The position numbers and the translations under genes were made by a program. Below are positions 26,303 through 39,195 of a DNA stretch of 64,000 nt, in pieces. Origin of the DNA: Paecilomyces variotii (Eukaryota). The stretch is taken from the NCBI GenBank assembly GCA_004022145.1, contig RCNU01000001.1. One strand, 5' to 3'. Numbering within the stretch: the first letter of the stretch is position 1; each line of letters starts with the position of its first letter. A model generated the notes under the pieces. That model had not been told where the DNA came from and did not search any database. It saw only the letters and a program-made list of their open reading frames with translations.

Positions 26303-28174
26303 ATGTTAATCGACCCCGAGAAGAAAGTTGCGGCTACACCAACGAGCATTAGTGCAGACAATGAGGATGGTCGGGGGCTTTCGCTGGATGAAACTTCCGG
26401 TGATATCCAAACGGTCGAGATCGATAAGGCGGTCGAAAGATCGTATTTGCGAAAACTAGATTTTTATCTGCTACCGTATCTGTCGTTGATGTATTTGTTT
26501 AATTCAGTTGATCGAGTGAGTTTTCTTTTTCTATGTTTGAGATTTGGTTTCTATACTATCTCGTTGTATGCTTTCAGATTGCCGATAACTTCTCGACTTT
26601 AGTCAAACTTGGCAAATGCAAAGACAGACGGGTTCGACAGAGATATGCATTTTACTGGAAACGAGTATTCTCTCCTTCTGCTACTCTTTTACATCCCCAA
26701 TGGTCTCGCCGGTGAGTACTAGCTTCATATAAAGCATTTTTGGACAGGGGCCGCTGACCTGGACATTGTCAGACCTGCCACTGAATCTCCTGACGAAACG
26801 GTTTTCAGGGAAGATTACCCTTCCATCGTTAATGCTGATATGGGGTGGTCTGTCCATGATTCAAGTTGGATGCACAAATTTTGGAGGGATGCTTGTAGTT
26901 AGGCTGCTCATCGGGTAAGAGTCGATATATCATCTTCATGCTTGCTTTTATAGATCGAGACAGTAGGAACTAATAGTAGTACGCAGTTTCTTCGAGGCCG
27001 GCTTCTTCGCTGGAACTGTCTTCTACCTTACACTTTTCTATAATCGAAATGAACTCGGATTCCGCATCGCGCTTTACTTTGGTAGTGCGGTCCTAGCAGC
27101 TGCCTTCTCGGGGATTCTGGCCTACGGTGTCTTTCAGATTAATGATACTAGCATTGCCGGATGGCAATATTTATTTATTATTGAGTATGTTCCTTCGTTT
27201 CTTTAGCGGCAACTTTGTCGTCGAAAAAACTCGCTCACAGAATGGTTCCTTAGAGGTGGTATTACCGTTCTCCTTTCACTTTTCGGTTACTACTGGCTAC
27301 CATCCTCACCTCAGAATGCACGCTGGTTTACTCCCGCGGAGAAAGAGGTAGCCAGGACTCGTGCTCTCCGGGACGGTTCGAAGGTTGTCGATGAGAAGTT
27401 CAACTTCAATCTGGCATTCCAGCAGTGGAAAAATCCCAAAATGATCTTGTGGTCGTTTATCTCCTTGACATACCCGATTCCGTTTACTACTTCGGCCAAT
27501 TTCTTACCTCAGGTTCGTACATTGCGCTTCTTTTCCCTACTCTTCGTCATTATAGGGAGTTGCATGATAATTAATAGTATCAACAGATCGTCCAAAGGCT
27601 GGGCTACAGCGAGGTCAAAACAAACCTGATGACCGTTCCTCCCAACCTGGTCGGTTTCTGCGTCCTCCTCGTCGTCACCTGGTCATCAGACCATTTCCGT
27701 GAGCGTACATTCCACATCTGCTTCGCTCTACTCCTATCCCTAATTGCACTTATCATCCTATCCACCATCGACGTAGCCACCCACAAGGGCGTCGCCTACT
27801 TCGCCATGTTCCTCCTCGCCTCCGGCGCCTACATCCCCTCATGCCTCGTTCACTCATGGCATAACAACAACAATCTCAGCGAGAACGCACGAGCCGCAAC
27901 CACGGGAATCCTTGTTGGTTTGGGTAATCTGGGCGGTATCCTGAGCAGCGCGACTTTCCGCATCGAGTATGCTCCTAAATACATCCCAACTTTGGCAGCT
28001 ACGGCCGCGAGTGCTGCGGCGTGTATTATCCTGACGCTGGGTTTTGGTCTTTGGATGAAATGGGATAATTATAGGAAGAATCGTGAGCAAGGAGTGCAAT
28101 TGAGGGCTGAGGATGTGGATACGCATCTATTGGAGGATGGGGAGAAGAGCCCGAATTGGAGGTGGTTTACTTGA
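26303..28174 (+). CDS. MFS transporter, anion:cation symporter (Dal5/Tna1-like) family, multi-exon
   Basis: RKLDFYLLPYLSLMYLFNSVDR|SNLGNAKTDG, FEAGFFAG, FYNRNELGFRIA, WQYLFIIE|GG, SDHFRER. Confidence 0.92.
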
Positions 28175-28699
28175 TCGTGTTCTGTCGGACTCTGTCTGGA
28201 GTCACTCTGGATTAAATGGGATATTTTTTTCCCTGATTTCCCCACTCTTGGGTCTCTAGTCCTATTGTACATGGACCGCCTCAAGAGCTACATTAGCTCA
28301 GCCTTCAGGTAACCTCAAACGTGAACCGAGGAGCATGGTGCTTTTATAGAGTATGACTCAAGGCTCGTCGGGATGGTTTCTCAAGCCCCACCAGCGATGG
28401 GTAGTGAGTCGTAGTTAGTTGAAATGAATCGCAGGTGATGTTGCACCATCGACGTCTTTCACTCTAATCATCTACATGTTCCGCACCAAACGGTCATTTG
28501 TTATAAAATTCCGTGACCTAGATCCGATTCAAAGATCACCAATATCGCCTGAGTGGATGATGTGGAAGACAAAACGAGAATATGCCTTATCCAGAAATCC
28601 TTGAAGGAAAAGCCGGGGCTGGTACCGCAGTGTTTCCTGACATAGAGCCGTTGAAAAAGGTGTGCGAGTAAATATCGCTGCTATTTGGCCCGAATAAGT

Positions 28700-29482
28700 A
28701 TGCTAATGCAGCAACAGCATCAAGTTGGTGACCTATCCTTGGAGGCCTATGGATCCAATTTGGATGACATCCAGAAAGCCTTGTCCTCCAAGACATGGTT
28801 TGGCTTTGATCTTGATGACACGCTCCATGAGTTCCGAAAGGCCTCTGCATCCGCGTCCTCTGCTGTGTTCAAGGCGATCCGCAATGAGAACCCAAATATT
28901 AGGATAGAAGACCTTGACACGACCTACCGTGATATACTTCGTTCAAAAACAGCCGGTGCTTTCACCGATGGAAGGACATCTACTGAGTACCGCAGGGAGC
29001 GCTTCTCCCATCTCCTTCAGGTCCATGGAATTGCGCCATCGGAAGACTATATAAACCGTCTCTTAGCAATCTATCAAAATAGTCTCGGGAATTCTCTCAG
29101 ACTGAAAACGGGCGCGCTTCAGTTGCTCCAAAGACTGAAGACACTAGGTAAGAAAGTGATTGTGATGACAGAGGGGCCGCAGGACGCGCAGGAATGGACA
29201 GTATCAGAACTTGGACTGCGGAGCTATATTGACATTCTTATCACGACCAATGAGATAGGAAAGTCCAAGATCGATGGCCTATTTCCGATTGTGTTGGACA
29301 AATACAATATTGCCGCCTTGGATATCGTCTATGTGGGTGATAATGAGCAACGAGATATTTTCCCGGCACGGGCAGCGGGTATAATGACTGTGCTTTATGA
29401 TGAGCGGAGTGATTGCCGATTTGAGAACGCTGAGGTATTTCGTCTTAATTCTCTTCTAAAGCTGAAGTATCTGGTAGGTTGA
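28700..29482 (+). CDS. HAD-superfamily hydrolase (subfamily IA-like), intronless
   Basis: Motif I FDLDDTL, motif II MTEG, motif III K and motif IV YVGDNEQRDI. The start codon is uncertain. Confidence 0.85.
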   Translation: MLMQQQHQVGDLSLEAYGSNLDDIQKALSSKTWFGFDLDDTLHEFRKASASASSAVFKAIRNENPNIRIEDLDTTYRDILRSKTAGAFTDGRTSTEYRRERFSHLLQVHGIAPSEDYINRLLAIYQNSLGNSLRLKTGALQLLQRLKTLGKKVIVMTEGPQDAQEWTVSELGLRSYIDILITTNEIGKSKIDGLFPIVLDKYNIAALDIVYVGDNEQRDIFPARAAGIMTVLYDERSDCRFENAEVFRLNSLLKLKYLVG

Positions 29483-30420
29483 GAAGCTGGCTTGGCTATG
29501 ATGTTAGAGACAAAAGAGTTGTACGTGGTCGTTGATGTATCTGCTTAATTCAGTACATAGGATAGGGTCTTCTTTCTGAGTATACTTGAGGTTTGCTACT
29601 ATACCTGACTGTATCTCTCTTGGTATATATGCGTCCAGGTTTCTGATAGCTTCTCCACTCCAGCCGATCTTGGCAAATTCATGCTACTCAAAATTCATAA
29701 TCCAAGTTAACTCGTGAAAAACACTTCTATAGCATGCAAAGTAAACAATATACTGTTATATTGTAGTAGCTAGCAGTGCTATCGGCGATCGGCGGCCGGC
29801 GGACTCCGTTGAGAGTTCTCCCATCCTTCTTTATCTTGCTCAAAAACCCCAACTCTTGGAGCAATATTCATTAAGAGCCCCATGTCAAAGGCAGGTTGTG
29901 TATGATCAATAAAAACCATAGAGTCATATAGTCGATGGTGACGGGGATGGGGCCCCGGCGTGCCTATCAGATCCATCCTCAATGTGTGTATCCTGTCAGT
30001 GCAAGAGCTAGAGGCACCAATTGAGACGACTGGGTTCACTAGCATTTCCCATATTGATCAGTACTAGGATCATGTCATCCATTTATTCGGTTGGTTGAGG
30101 TCCATTGAGTGCCAAGTCGATTATCTCTTATCGGCGGCACGGCCGATAGAGGATGTATCTGGTTTTGTAGCTTAAAAAAGGTATTATATCGGACTCTCTA
30201 GACCACTCAACTAAAAAGGAGAAATCTCCGATTTTGTCTCCTTGGGTCCAACAAGGTACAATTCTACGCTTGAGAAGTCAGGATATTTCACGTATAGAGC
30301 CATCCTTGGTATGCATGTCCTTTATTATCTACGAGACCTTTCTATGTTGATTAACTGTCCTCTTTATCCGGTTAGAAATAAAGGCGATCGGCAAGTACAA
30401 TCACTTGGGCCACAAGAAAG

Positions 30421-31746
30421 ATGCCACCTCCTCCGATCCTTGACTTTTCTGGTACGTAACTAATGCTTTGGAAAAACTCCCTGCTCAGGTCAGCTGGATA
30501 CCTTCCTGGTGACTACCGATTCTCACTTTCGCTAACGGGCTGCTTGTCGACCGGCAGTATTCTACGGCGATGATCAAGCTGCGAAACAGCAACTAGTCGA
30601 CCAAATTCGACAATGCTGTCTGTACAACGGCTTCTTCCAGATAACTGGACATCGAATCCCGTGGGAGCTACAAGAGAAAATGCTGCAACTCTCGAAAGAA
30701 TTCTTTGAACTACCTCTGGAGGAGAAGGAAAAAGTCAATAAGAGTATGTGTCCATTATCGGTTTGCTTATGGAAACGAGATGTAAGGTTTTGAAGAAAGA
30801 CACGTCTTTTTTTTTTCAAATTTCTGACGATTTTCTATCGTAGATAATAACACGTGGAATCGAGGATACGAACTCCTACGATCTCAGATCCTCGAGGAGG
30901 GGACGCATCCAGAGTTGAAAGAGGGATTCTACATCGGGGACGAGATCTCCACCGATCATCCATACTTCCTTCAGAAGAAATTGAACAGTGGACCAAATCA
31001 GTGGCCGCAAAGCGTCAGGGATCCAGAGGATTTCAAGAATACTGCGATTGCTTATTATCGCGCGGCGTTTGAACTCGCCAAGGACATCCTGCGCATACTC
31101 GCATTTACGTTAGATCAAGATGAGAGCTTCTTTGGTGGTTTTACAGATGGGGCGGTTGCTACGATGAGACTGCTACATTATCCACCACAGCCGAAGGATT
31201 CGGACGAGAAGCTCAGCCGCGGCATTGGGGCGCATCAGGATTTTGGGGCCGTAACTCTGCTTCTGCAGGGAGACGTCGATGGATTGCAGGTGTTGGATGT
31301 GCCAACTGGGGAATGGTTTGATGTAAGTCGATTATTTGGTCTCAATCTCTATCATCGACTTTCTGCCACTGGATGCATGTTAATAATCGTATCTTCAGGT
31401 CGAACCTGTCAAAGGCGCCTACGTCGTGAACCTGGGAAATCTCTTCATGAAATGGTCCAACGATAAGTATAGATCGAATATCCATCGAGTCATCAACAAG
31501 TCCGGCCAGGAACGTTATTCGATCCCATACTTCTTCAGCGGTAACCCTGACTTTGTATGCGACTGTCTCCCCAACTGTGTAGCAGAAGGCGAAAAGTCCA
31601 AGTATCCGCCTAGGACGGTCAGTGATTTCATCAATGAGGGTTACCAGGTCAGCTACGGCCGAGCAGAGAAATTCAAGAGAGAAATGGAGAAGAAAGAAGC
31701 CGAGGGTCTCAGTTTGACTGCGCCGGCCGTTGCGGCGGAGGCGTAG
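30421..31746 (+). CDS. 2-oxoglutarate/Fe(II)-dependent dioxygenase (IPNS/DIOX_N family), 4 exons
   Basis: MPPPPILDFS|VFY...GFFQITGH; MRLLHYPP; HxD in GIGAHQDFG; distal His in SNIHRV; RxS in ERYSIPYF. Confidence 0.93.
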
Positions 31747-32722
31747 GAATAGCAACTTGGAGAAAATGCACATCATGACAGCCATAAATGATTCTTCCAG
31801 TTTTGGTGTCGACCACCTTCGATGGGAACCTCTGTGGCAATGGTTGGTTACGCAAAGCTTAGAAGATAACCTTAGTGCAATGTCAAAGATAGAGCAGGGC
31901 CAAGATCTGACGCCGACAGACTGCAGACCAAATGGAGAGAGCAATAGAGCCATAACGGCAAGTCTATAATTATACTATGGAACATCTGCTGTGACTAGCT
32001 CATTTCCTTACGAGATAGTCTATGGCCAGGTAAAGTTAATTAATGACCGACGTTAGCATGCACCGGAAATACTTCCTACTGGCAGCTGCCATCTATGAGG
32101 ATAGGGACCAGGAGTGGATTGTGGCTCTATCCTCCCTCTTTCTTCTTTCATCTCCCAGACCTCATCTCCTATCTTCAACCTCCTCTGGCTCTCGGTCCTA
32201 CAAGCACTGACTACATATCTAAACAGAGATCGCCATAGAAGCAAAGTCACTCGTCGTGACGGGAAATACCGGCGCTGATGCGCTCTCTGGGACCTTCTGG
32301 TGGCCTCGCCCTCCTTTTTCCAACCGCACAGGCGCCGTCGACCCGCTCGCGATGGTCAGCCACTTCCGCAACCAATCCATCATCCAGTCTGCCCCTCTAT
32401 CTCGACCGTTGAGCTATTCTAATTTAGATCGAGTTGCGATCTGATCATTCCTATTCTCTTTGGGAAGTGAACGGCGGGCACAAACACCTGCACGACAGTC
32501 GACCGGAACTGCGGATCCCATATAGAGATCTACCGTAGTCATGACCTGTCGATTCTGATCTCATGGGCCAGCTTGGGCTTCTCTTCCTTCCCTTCATTCT
32601 CTTCATTCTCTTCGTTCTTTTTCCTTCTTCTTGCTCAGGCAGTCATTCTGCAGCACCTTATCACCGGTCTGTCATTTTGTCCCGAACCGTGCTGTGACCG
32701 GCGGGATGGTAGAGACGCCACG

Positions 32723-34131
32723 ATGGTCGGCGTACCGCGCAGCAAAGCATGTCTCTTATGCCTCCAGCGGCGCGTGAAGGTTAGATCTGGGTGCCAATCT
32801 GCATAATACGACCTTCTAACTGGTACTCACCCTAACAGTGCGACGAGCTCCGACCAGGATGTTCCCAGTGCCAGAAATACGGCGTTGCATGTCCCGGGTA
32901 CAATAAGGCTCTAAAATTTCAAGATCAAGGCCCCCTACTACGGCAAAAATTCGGATCTCGAGCTGTCACCAAGCAAAACAGTCTACAGGGATTTCAATCG
33001 TCAATCGATGAGCGGGTGGTGCCGTCCCTAGTCTCAATATCCATGAGCAAGCAACAACCCAATGTCTTCCGTGACTTCGTCTTAACAGCTTTCCCACGCT
33101 GGTTTGGCCTGAACAAGCACCGTGTACAAGTAACGTGGGTTGCTTATGTTTCTGAGCAGCTCGGCAAGAACCCAGCGCTAGATGCTGCTGTCTACTGTAT
33201 CACATGTGCATTTATGGGCCATTCTCGCAGGGACAAAAGGTTGAAGGAGTCTAGTTTCGAGATGTACTCCAAAGCTTTGAACCTCTTGAAGGAGTCGGTC
33301 AAGGATGGGACGGCCCTATGTTCGCGGGAAAGCATCAGCACATCTATACTCCTCGCTATGTTTGAAGCATATACAGCCACTAGCAACGATGCGTGGGCTC
33401 GACACGCCAGCGGTGCATCTATGATGATGTCCCTTAGGGGAGCAGAGAGTCACCATTTCGGATTTGACCGTAGTTTATACATCTCGTTTCGCAGCTTCTT
33501 GGTCGCTCAAGCATTCGTCGAGGGCAAACCGTGCATGTTTGAGAAACCAGAATGGCAAACCTTGATTGACCAGATCCGGAAAGAAGATATGGCGGATCCT
33601 AGGGTGGACGAGCCGATTGCAGTCTTTATCGACATATCCGATAGACTCTTCATGGAGATCGTCAAGTTCCCCGGGTTGGTGAGTGAGGCACGCTCTCTTA
33701 TCTCATCACCAGGAAGAGGGACGTACGAAAAGAAAGACCTCATGGCAAAGATGCTCAACGCTCGTGAAGTGACAAGTATCCTTGCTGCAGATATGCGCAA
33801 TGCTCTAGCTGCACATGGCCATCTTTCCCGCGGAGGTTACAGAGTCCCTTTTATCGGTCCAGTTCCCTCAACTTTTCCAGAGGCGTTCGCAAACAGTTTA
33901 CTTCGTGGCACTGATATGGCGTTAAGCGTACTCGACTTCCAATTGGCAGACCTTGCAACCGAGGGGGCGGCAGACCGTCCGGTCTCCAGGCCCTTTCGGA
34001 TCATATCGAACCTTGCAGGTGGTGAGATCAGCCAAAGCTCAGAAGCAGCTGATGATACTCGACAGGTAAATGAATGGCTAGACAAAGTCGCGTCTTCCAT
34101 GGGGATGGAAGGCATGGCAATTGTCCTATAA
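32723..34131 (+). CDS. Zn(II)2Cys6 transcription factor, 2 exons
   Basis: MVGVPRSKACLLCLQRRVK|CDELRPGCSQCQKYGVACPGY; C-terminal LLAMFE...WARHASGA region. Confidence 0.88.
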
Positions 34132-34736
34132 CATCAAAAGCCCCCTGCGGTGGTCCACATAAAATACGATATGAGCCAATAAACTCACTCAGGCTCCAAC
34201 CTCCAGGAAGCAATTACAAACAGCAGCTCTATAACGACAGAAGACAGAATGTCCAAATAGGATTATTTATCCGATTCCGTGAGACGAATATCGTACTGAC
34301 GTGAGTCGTAACATACAAACAAACAAGATTACCTTCAACCCTGGGAAACACCGTGCTATCGAAACCATAAAAACAGACCAGGAAAGTAAAACTCCTTGTA
34401 CATCTTCAATCAACTCAATCAACCACACCCCATATCCAATTGCAACCGAGTTTTCTGGATCGCCAGGCGGCCAGCAAGATGCAATCCAAGAACGCCGTAT
34501 TAAACTCTTCCCAAACCAAAGACCTCGAGTCCCGACAAACCACAGGACAGAAACAAAATTGTGAAACCGGGCACAGCCGTTGAAGATGCACAGTGCATGC
34601 CGGTGAGACGCTTTCACCGGCGAATTCACAAATCGAAGCAAGCAACCATGAATAAAAATGCTGAATGGAATCGCAAAGTCATGAGGCATAAATGGGGGTC
34701 ACCAGACTTGAAGTCGACTGAACCTTTTTACAGCAT

Positions 34737-36691
34737 CTATTTGACTCTTGTGGAGCATCCGGCACTGCCAATCCTGCCGCTAATCTTCCTAACGCCCTTA
34801 GTGGTTTCGCTTTTGCTATCGGTCGCTCGTCGAGGACTCGAGCGCACCTTACCCATGGTAAGAGCACCGTTGCCACTCTTGCTGCTACCAGGGGTCTTTG
34901 GCTTCCCGGTCGGCGACTCAACCCAATTCTCACGGTCCTCATGTATTTCGTCGGCCAGCATATAACTGGCACTCACCGTGGCAGAGTAGCTGATGGAGCG
35001 TTGAGTGGGGGAAGCGGTAGGGCTCCTGGAAGAGCGTTTCGCGAGCATTCTAAGTTGGATCTCCTCTTCACTTTCGCTGCCTTCATTGCTTAGGCGATGA
35101 GATCTGGTCTTGCTGCGCTCAACCGTCCTCTCGACCTCCTTCTCAACGGTAATACCGCCTGAGACATTGCGGGCGTATGGATGATGCCGGGAGTCCTTCC
35201 TGTGGGACTTGCGCGGCTGTCCAGGCGTTGGTGCCGGGAGATTATCTTCAGCATGGTGACCGCTTCCTTCGTTGTGATCAATTTCACCGAGAGCCGCACG
35301 CTTGGAATGGCTTCCATTGGGAGGCGTGGTGGTCTGTCCGTTGCTCGCCCGCTGCTTCGGGGCGGCCCTACCAGGCGTGACCGGCATAGTAAGAGCCAGC
35401 TTCTCCCTCATTGAGTCCTCAAACCACCATTCGCGGAAGGCGCCTTGGTTCAGGTGCAACCAATGCTGCTGTGGTCCAACAACCATGCCCGGCCGCATGA
35501 ATCGCATGAAGGCAATGATCTCGTTCGCAGTGAACCCATATCTGTAAATCAGGTACGCCCCGATAAGGCATCCAGTACGCCCCAATCCTGCTTTGCAGTG
35601 CACAGCAATTCCCTTCTTTTTGATGGTGATCATTTCGTGGGCCATCTTGATGAAACGGCGGACCAATGGCAGCGGTGGGCAAGTACCGTCCTCGAAGATC
35701 ATGTCAATGTGATTGATTCCCAATGCAGTGAAGTACGACGGCGAGTACAGCTCCGAATTCAATCGCACTACCAGTCCGACATTGCGGGAAGAGAAGTGGG
35801 CAAGTACGTTCTTGAAGGGAAGTGGCAGTCTCGAATTGAGAACTTCAGAGACGGTCGATGGCAGGGCGGCATATTCAGGCGTGTTTGACGGGATGGGCGC
35901 TACCGGCTGGTGCTGAGGCGATGCGAAGGCCAAAAATTGGGGGGTGATCCAGTTAAAGTCACCCATGTCGACACGTTCAAATTTCTCATACCTAACCCCG
36001 CGTCAACATTGTTTGTACCATGGAGCTGGACATTACTTACTCTTCCAGGCTGAACTCCCTCAATCCACATAAACCTTCTTCCTTGGCCTTCCAGACGCCG
36101 TACACAACATCTTGAATGCTCAAGACAAAGTCTGCCTGGCTGTATCCAGCATCGCGGAAAGGCATATATGGGGGATCCGCCTGAGCGATTGGGGCAAGAG
36201 CCAGATGCGGGGGCCAGGACTGGATCAGGACCATATAGCACGCCACCAAACAAGCAGCGTTGGCACGGCTCCGCGAATCAGTCTTGCTGTAAAACACCAC
36301 TGCGCGGTCACTGTTGGCGGGATCTCCCAGAATCTCGTGGAAATGCACGGCAAAACGATAGAGGTGTCCAATGTGGAAAGGACCGAAGTCTGCATGGAAG
36401 GCATTGTAGAGCAGGGTGTCATCAACAGTGAAATAGACAGGCCTCTTCGACGTGTCTCTTCCTGGGGTCTGCTGGCCTCTAGATCGTTTACTAGGCGACT
36501 TGGGCTGCGGTGCAGCATAGGGGAAAGGCGTGTGAGCATCGGGGGTGGAATCGTAGGAGGCGAGGTACAAGCGATCTGTTTCGAGTCAGGTACGGATTCT
36601 CCTCCATCTGGGCCTTTCCAGGGAAGCACGCGACCCACGAACCTTGGATATACTCGATCACCTGCCCATAGCAACCCTGAGCGGAAGGCAT
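34737..36691 (-). CDS. CDC14: Dual-specificity protein phosphatase Cdc14, 3 exons
   Basis: YGQVIEYIQ|DRLYLASY, YNAFHADFGP, PYMPFRDAG, GDFNWITP, FEDGTCP, catalytic HCKAGLGRTG, RPGMVVGPQQ. Confidence 0.97.
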
Positions 36692-38676
36692 CTTGTTTGC
36701 GCAGATTGTCGCGGAATCGATCCGGACACCAGAACGAGAGAGAAGGGTTAACCCAGGCGTCCTAAGAGGACAATTGGATGTTTTGAGCAGAGAAAGACTT
36801 CAACCTAGGCAGGTCCGCAGGAAGTGGAAGTTGATTCAGGGCCAAATGGTCATGGCCTGGGCAACAACAACAACCGGAATTCCAATCGTCCACGCTCGCG
36901 GCTTGGGCTAGCAGTCAAGAGAAATGCGGGAAGGTAAGGATACAGGCGATATACCAGAGAAGAAATGAATATGGTGAAGCTGAGCCCAGCGCCGAGATAG
37001 ACAGATGGAAGTCGGAGTAGAAGAGGAAGAAGAAGACTTGAAGGTCGAGATACCCATGACACTTTTTGGCAGCTGCGACGCACGCTAAGTGGCTGTTATG
37101 TTATGATGTCCCGATACGGTAAGCGCGCTGCCGTTGACAGGACAACGGTTGCCGGCCTGAGGCACCAGGGCCCGTCCTGGTCACGGGATTGGCCGTCACC
37201 ATAACAAACAGTCGCAGACCGCCCTCGTTCACAACAAACACATTCCTGAAAGGCTCGTCCATGGCGAGTCAGACGGTGCCATGTCTCTGCTGAGGTGGAT
37301 CGGGCATCAAATCTCCATACCGGGTGACTTCGTCTGAGCTTCAACAGCCACCACCCCAGCTGGTTGACTGGGGCCCCTCGAGCCCACAGGGAGGGGTCCA
37401 GATGGCATGTTGATGATTCTATTGTTGCTTATCCACAGGCGTGATATACAAAGCGCTCGTGATAGCTAGTATCTGGCCCAGCATGGACCAAACTGGGCGA
37501 TTGAACGAGTATGAATTCATCGGCCACGTATGCTCGTCCTTAGATATTCACAAGCAATCCGCCGGTTTTCGAGACAAGTTGGTGACATAGCAAAGGAGCA
37601 TGGGACACATTGTTCATGTGCAGTCCTTGGCTTCTTCCCCCACGGACACGATTTCACTGGGTTTTTGGGATATATTTCCGTGGGTTTGCTCCCCAGATCA
37701 AAGATATGCTCGTTGTGATTCTATGTGACCACGATCTATAGTTATCTACGTGGCCACGATCAGAACCCATCGACATGGATGCACGAACCTATATCGTTTT
37801 CCCGGCTCGAGGCCACCCTGCAAGACATGTAGCGAGTAGTCTAATTCCATCACCAAAAGCACGAGATAAACCTGCAGCGGCGTGTCTGATACATCGCGTT
37901 ATGTGTGAGCTACACGGACAGGTCGTCTACTGAAACGCCAGGTCATCCCGCGGGTGTCAGACAAGAATGCAGCGTGTGGATTTTCTCGAAGCATGCCCTG
38001 TAAAGTTTCGTTCATGGAGCTAGGTGGCGAAGACGGGCTGAGTACCCACGACAATGGAATTCTCCCCATACAATGTACACGCGCGGCTCTACAGTCCAAT
38101 GGTGATCTCGTCCTTGGTTTTCCAGGCCATCTACTGTTTACCATCACTGAGGCAATTGAATTTGTACCCTCCGGGGATGTGTAGTTCATCGTGTGGACAT
38201 CGCGCTTGGCGAACGATAACTTTGGCCATTAGGCCTCGTTATCCGGACTCGCTGTGCAAGGATCCAAGATTAGTATATGATACCCATGCAGCTCGTAGGG
38301 TCATCACTGTACTTTGTTCTTGACGATACTATGCATACTAATATCCTTTGATCTGTTTGCGATGGTGGTAGTACCAACAGTGTATAGACATACATTATCT
38401 CCAGATATATATTTACGGTACACAGCCCTTCAGTCCCTCTCAATTACTTCGAATAAAGACCACCCCTCCACGAACTACATGAAAAGCCAATAGCAATGCT
38501 TAACACACTCAATACTATAGGGACCCTCGCAAATAACAAACTACCCGCTGTCAAACACCAGAAAAGCATACATATTCTCTACCATCTCGAGTAACCACAA
38601 GTACGAACTGTCCGACATACTTAGTTCTGAATCTCTGATTAATAGATTCAAAAGACTCGCCGCTTTAACAAGAACC

Positions 38677-38759
38677 GGTTCTGTAGTGTAGCGGTTATCA
38701 CTCCGGATTCTGATGATCAGAATCTTCCGGCAACCCCGGTTCGATTCCGGGCAGGACCT
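38677..38759 (+). tRNA. tRNA-Gln(CTG) with 11-nt intron
   Basis: Acceptor stem GGTTCTG/CAGGACC, anticodon arm CCGGA-TTCTGA[tgatcagaatc]T-TCCGG, T-loop GGTTCGATTCC. Confidence 0.95.
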
Positions 38760-38766
38760 GAGTGGT

Positions 38767-38820
38767 GGACTCCTTCTGACTCTTAAGATCCCGATTGGGA
38801 TTCGTAGAGGCAGTGAGTTC
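38767..38820 (+). ncRNA. Candidate structured RNA hairpin in the tRNA-Gln 3' trailer
   Basis: Manual fold gives ~19 bp in four stacked helices, lying between the tRNA 3' end and the first oligo-T run (38822). Confidence 0.45.
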
Positions 38821-39110
38821 CTTTTATTTTTGCTCCCTAGAGATGTGTGATGGCTGCGATACATAGGAAGAATTCTAGGTTCTTTGTGGGAGATGTATAA
38901 TTAGACGAAGAGATTTAGGGAAGGGTCTTTTTAAGCCGTTGAATAGCATTTGTTGAACAAATAACCAAATTCGATAACCAATTTCTTTCTTTCTATGTGG
39001 GCAAGGAAGAACTGTGGAGATTCTGGAAAACTTTGACAGGCTATCGAACTCATCACAGATTTACCTTAGCTTGATAAGATGAAGATGCCCCGATCCACAC
39101 CAAGATAACC

Positions 39111-39195
39111 GGTTCTGTAGTGTAGCGGTTATCACTCCGGATTCTGATTGCATCAGGATCTTCCGGCAACCCCGGTTCGATTCCGGGCAGGACCT
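39111..39195 (+). tRNA. tRNA-Gln(CTG) with 13-nt intron
   Basis: Same mature sequence as the 38677 copy; intron ttgcatcaggatc; T6 Pol III terminator at 39198-39203. Confidence 0.96.

Noticed and set aside
30131-30146. TCGG...CCGA as a UaY/Ppr1 site
   Set aside because: The spacer is 8 nt, not the 6 nt these factors use.
12271-34131. Secondary-metabolite biosynthetic cluster
   Set aside because: No PKS, NRPS, terpene cyclase, DMATS or DUF3328 gene in the window; only transporters, TFs and two enzymes.
37899-38323. Short overlapping ORFs between CDC14 and the tRNAs
   Set aside because: No recognisable domain or consistent splice structure.
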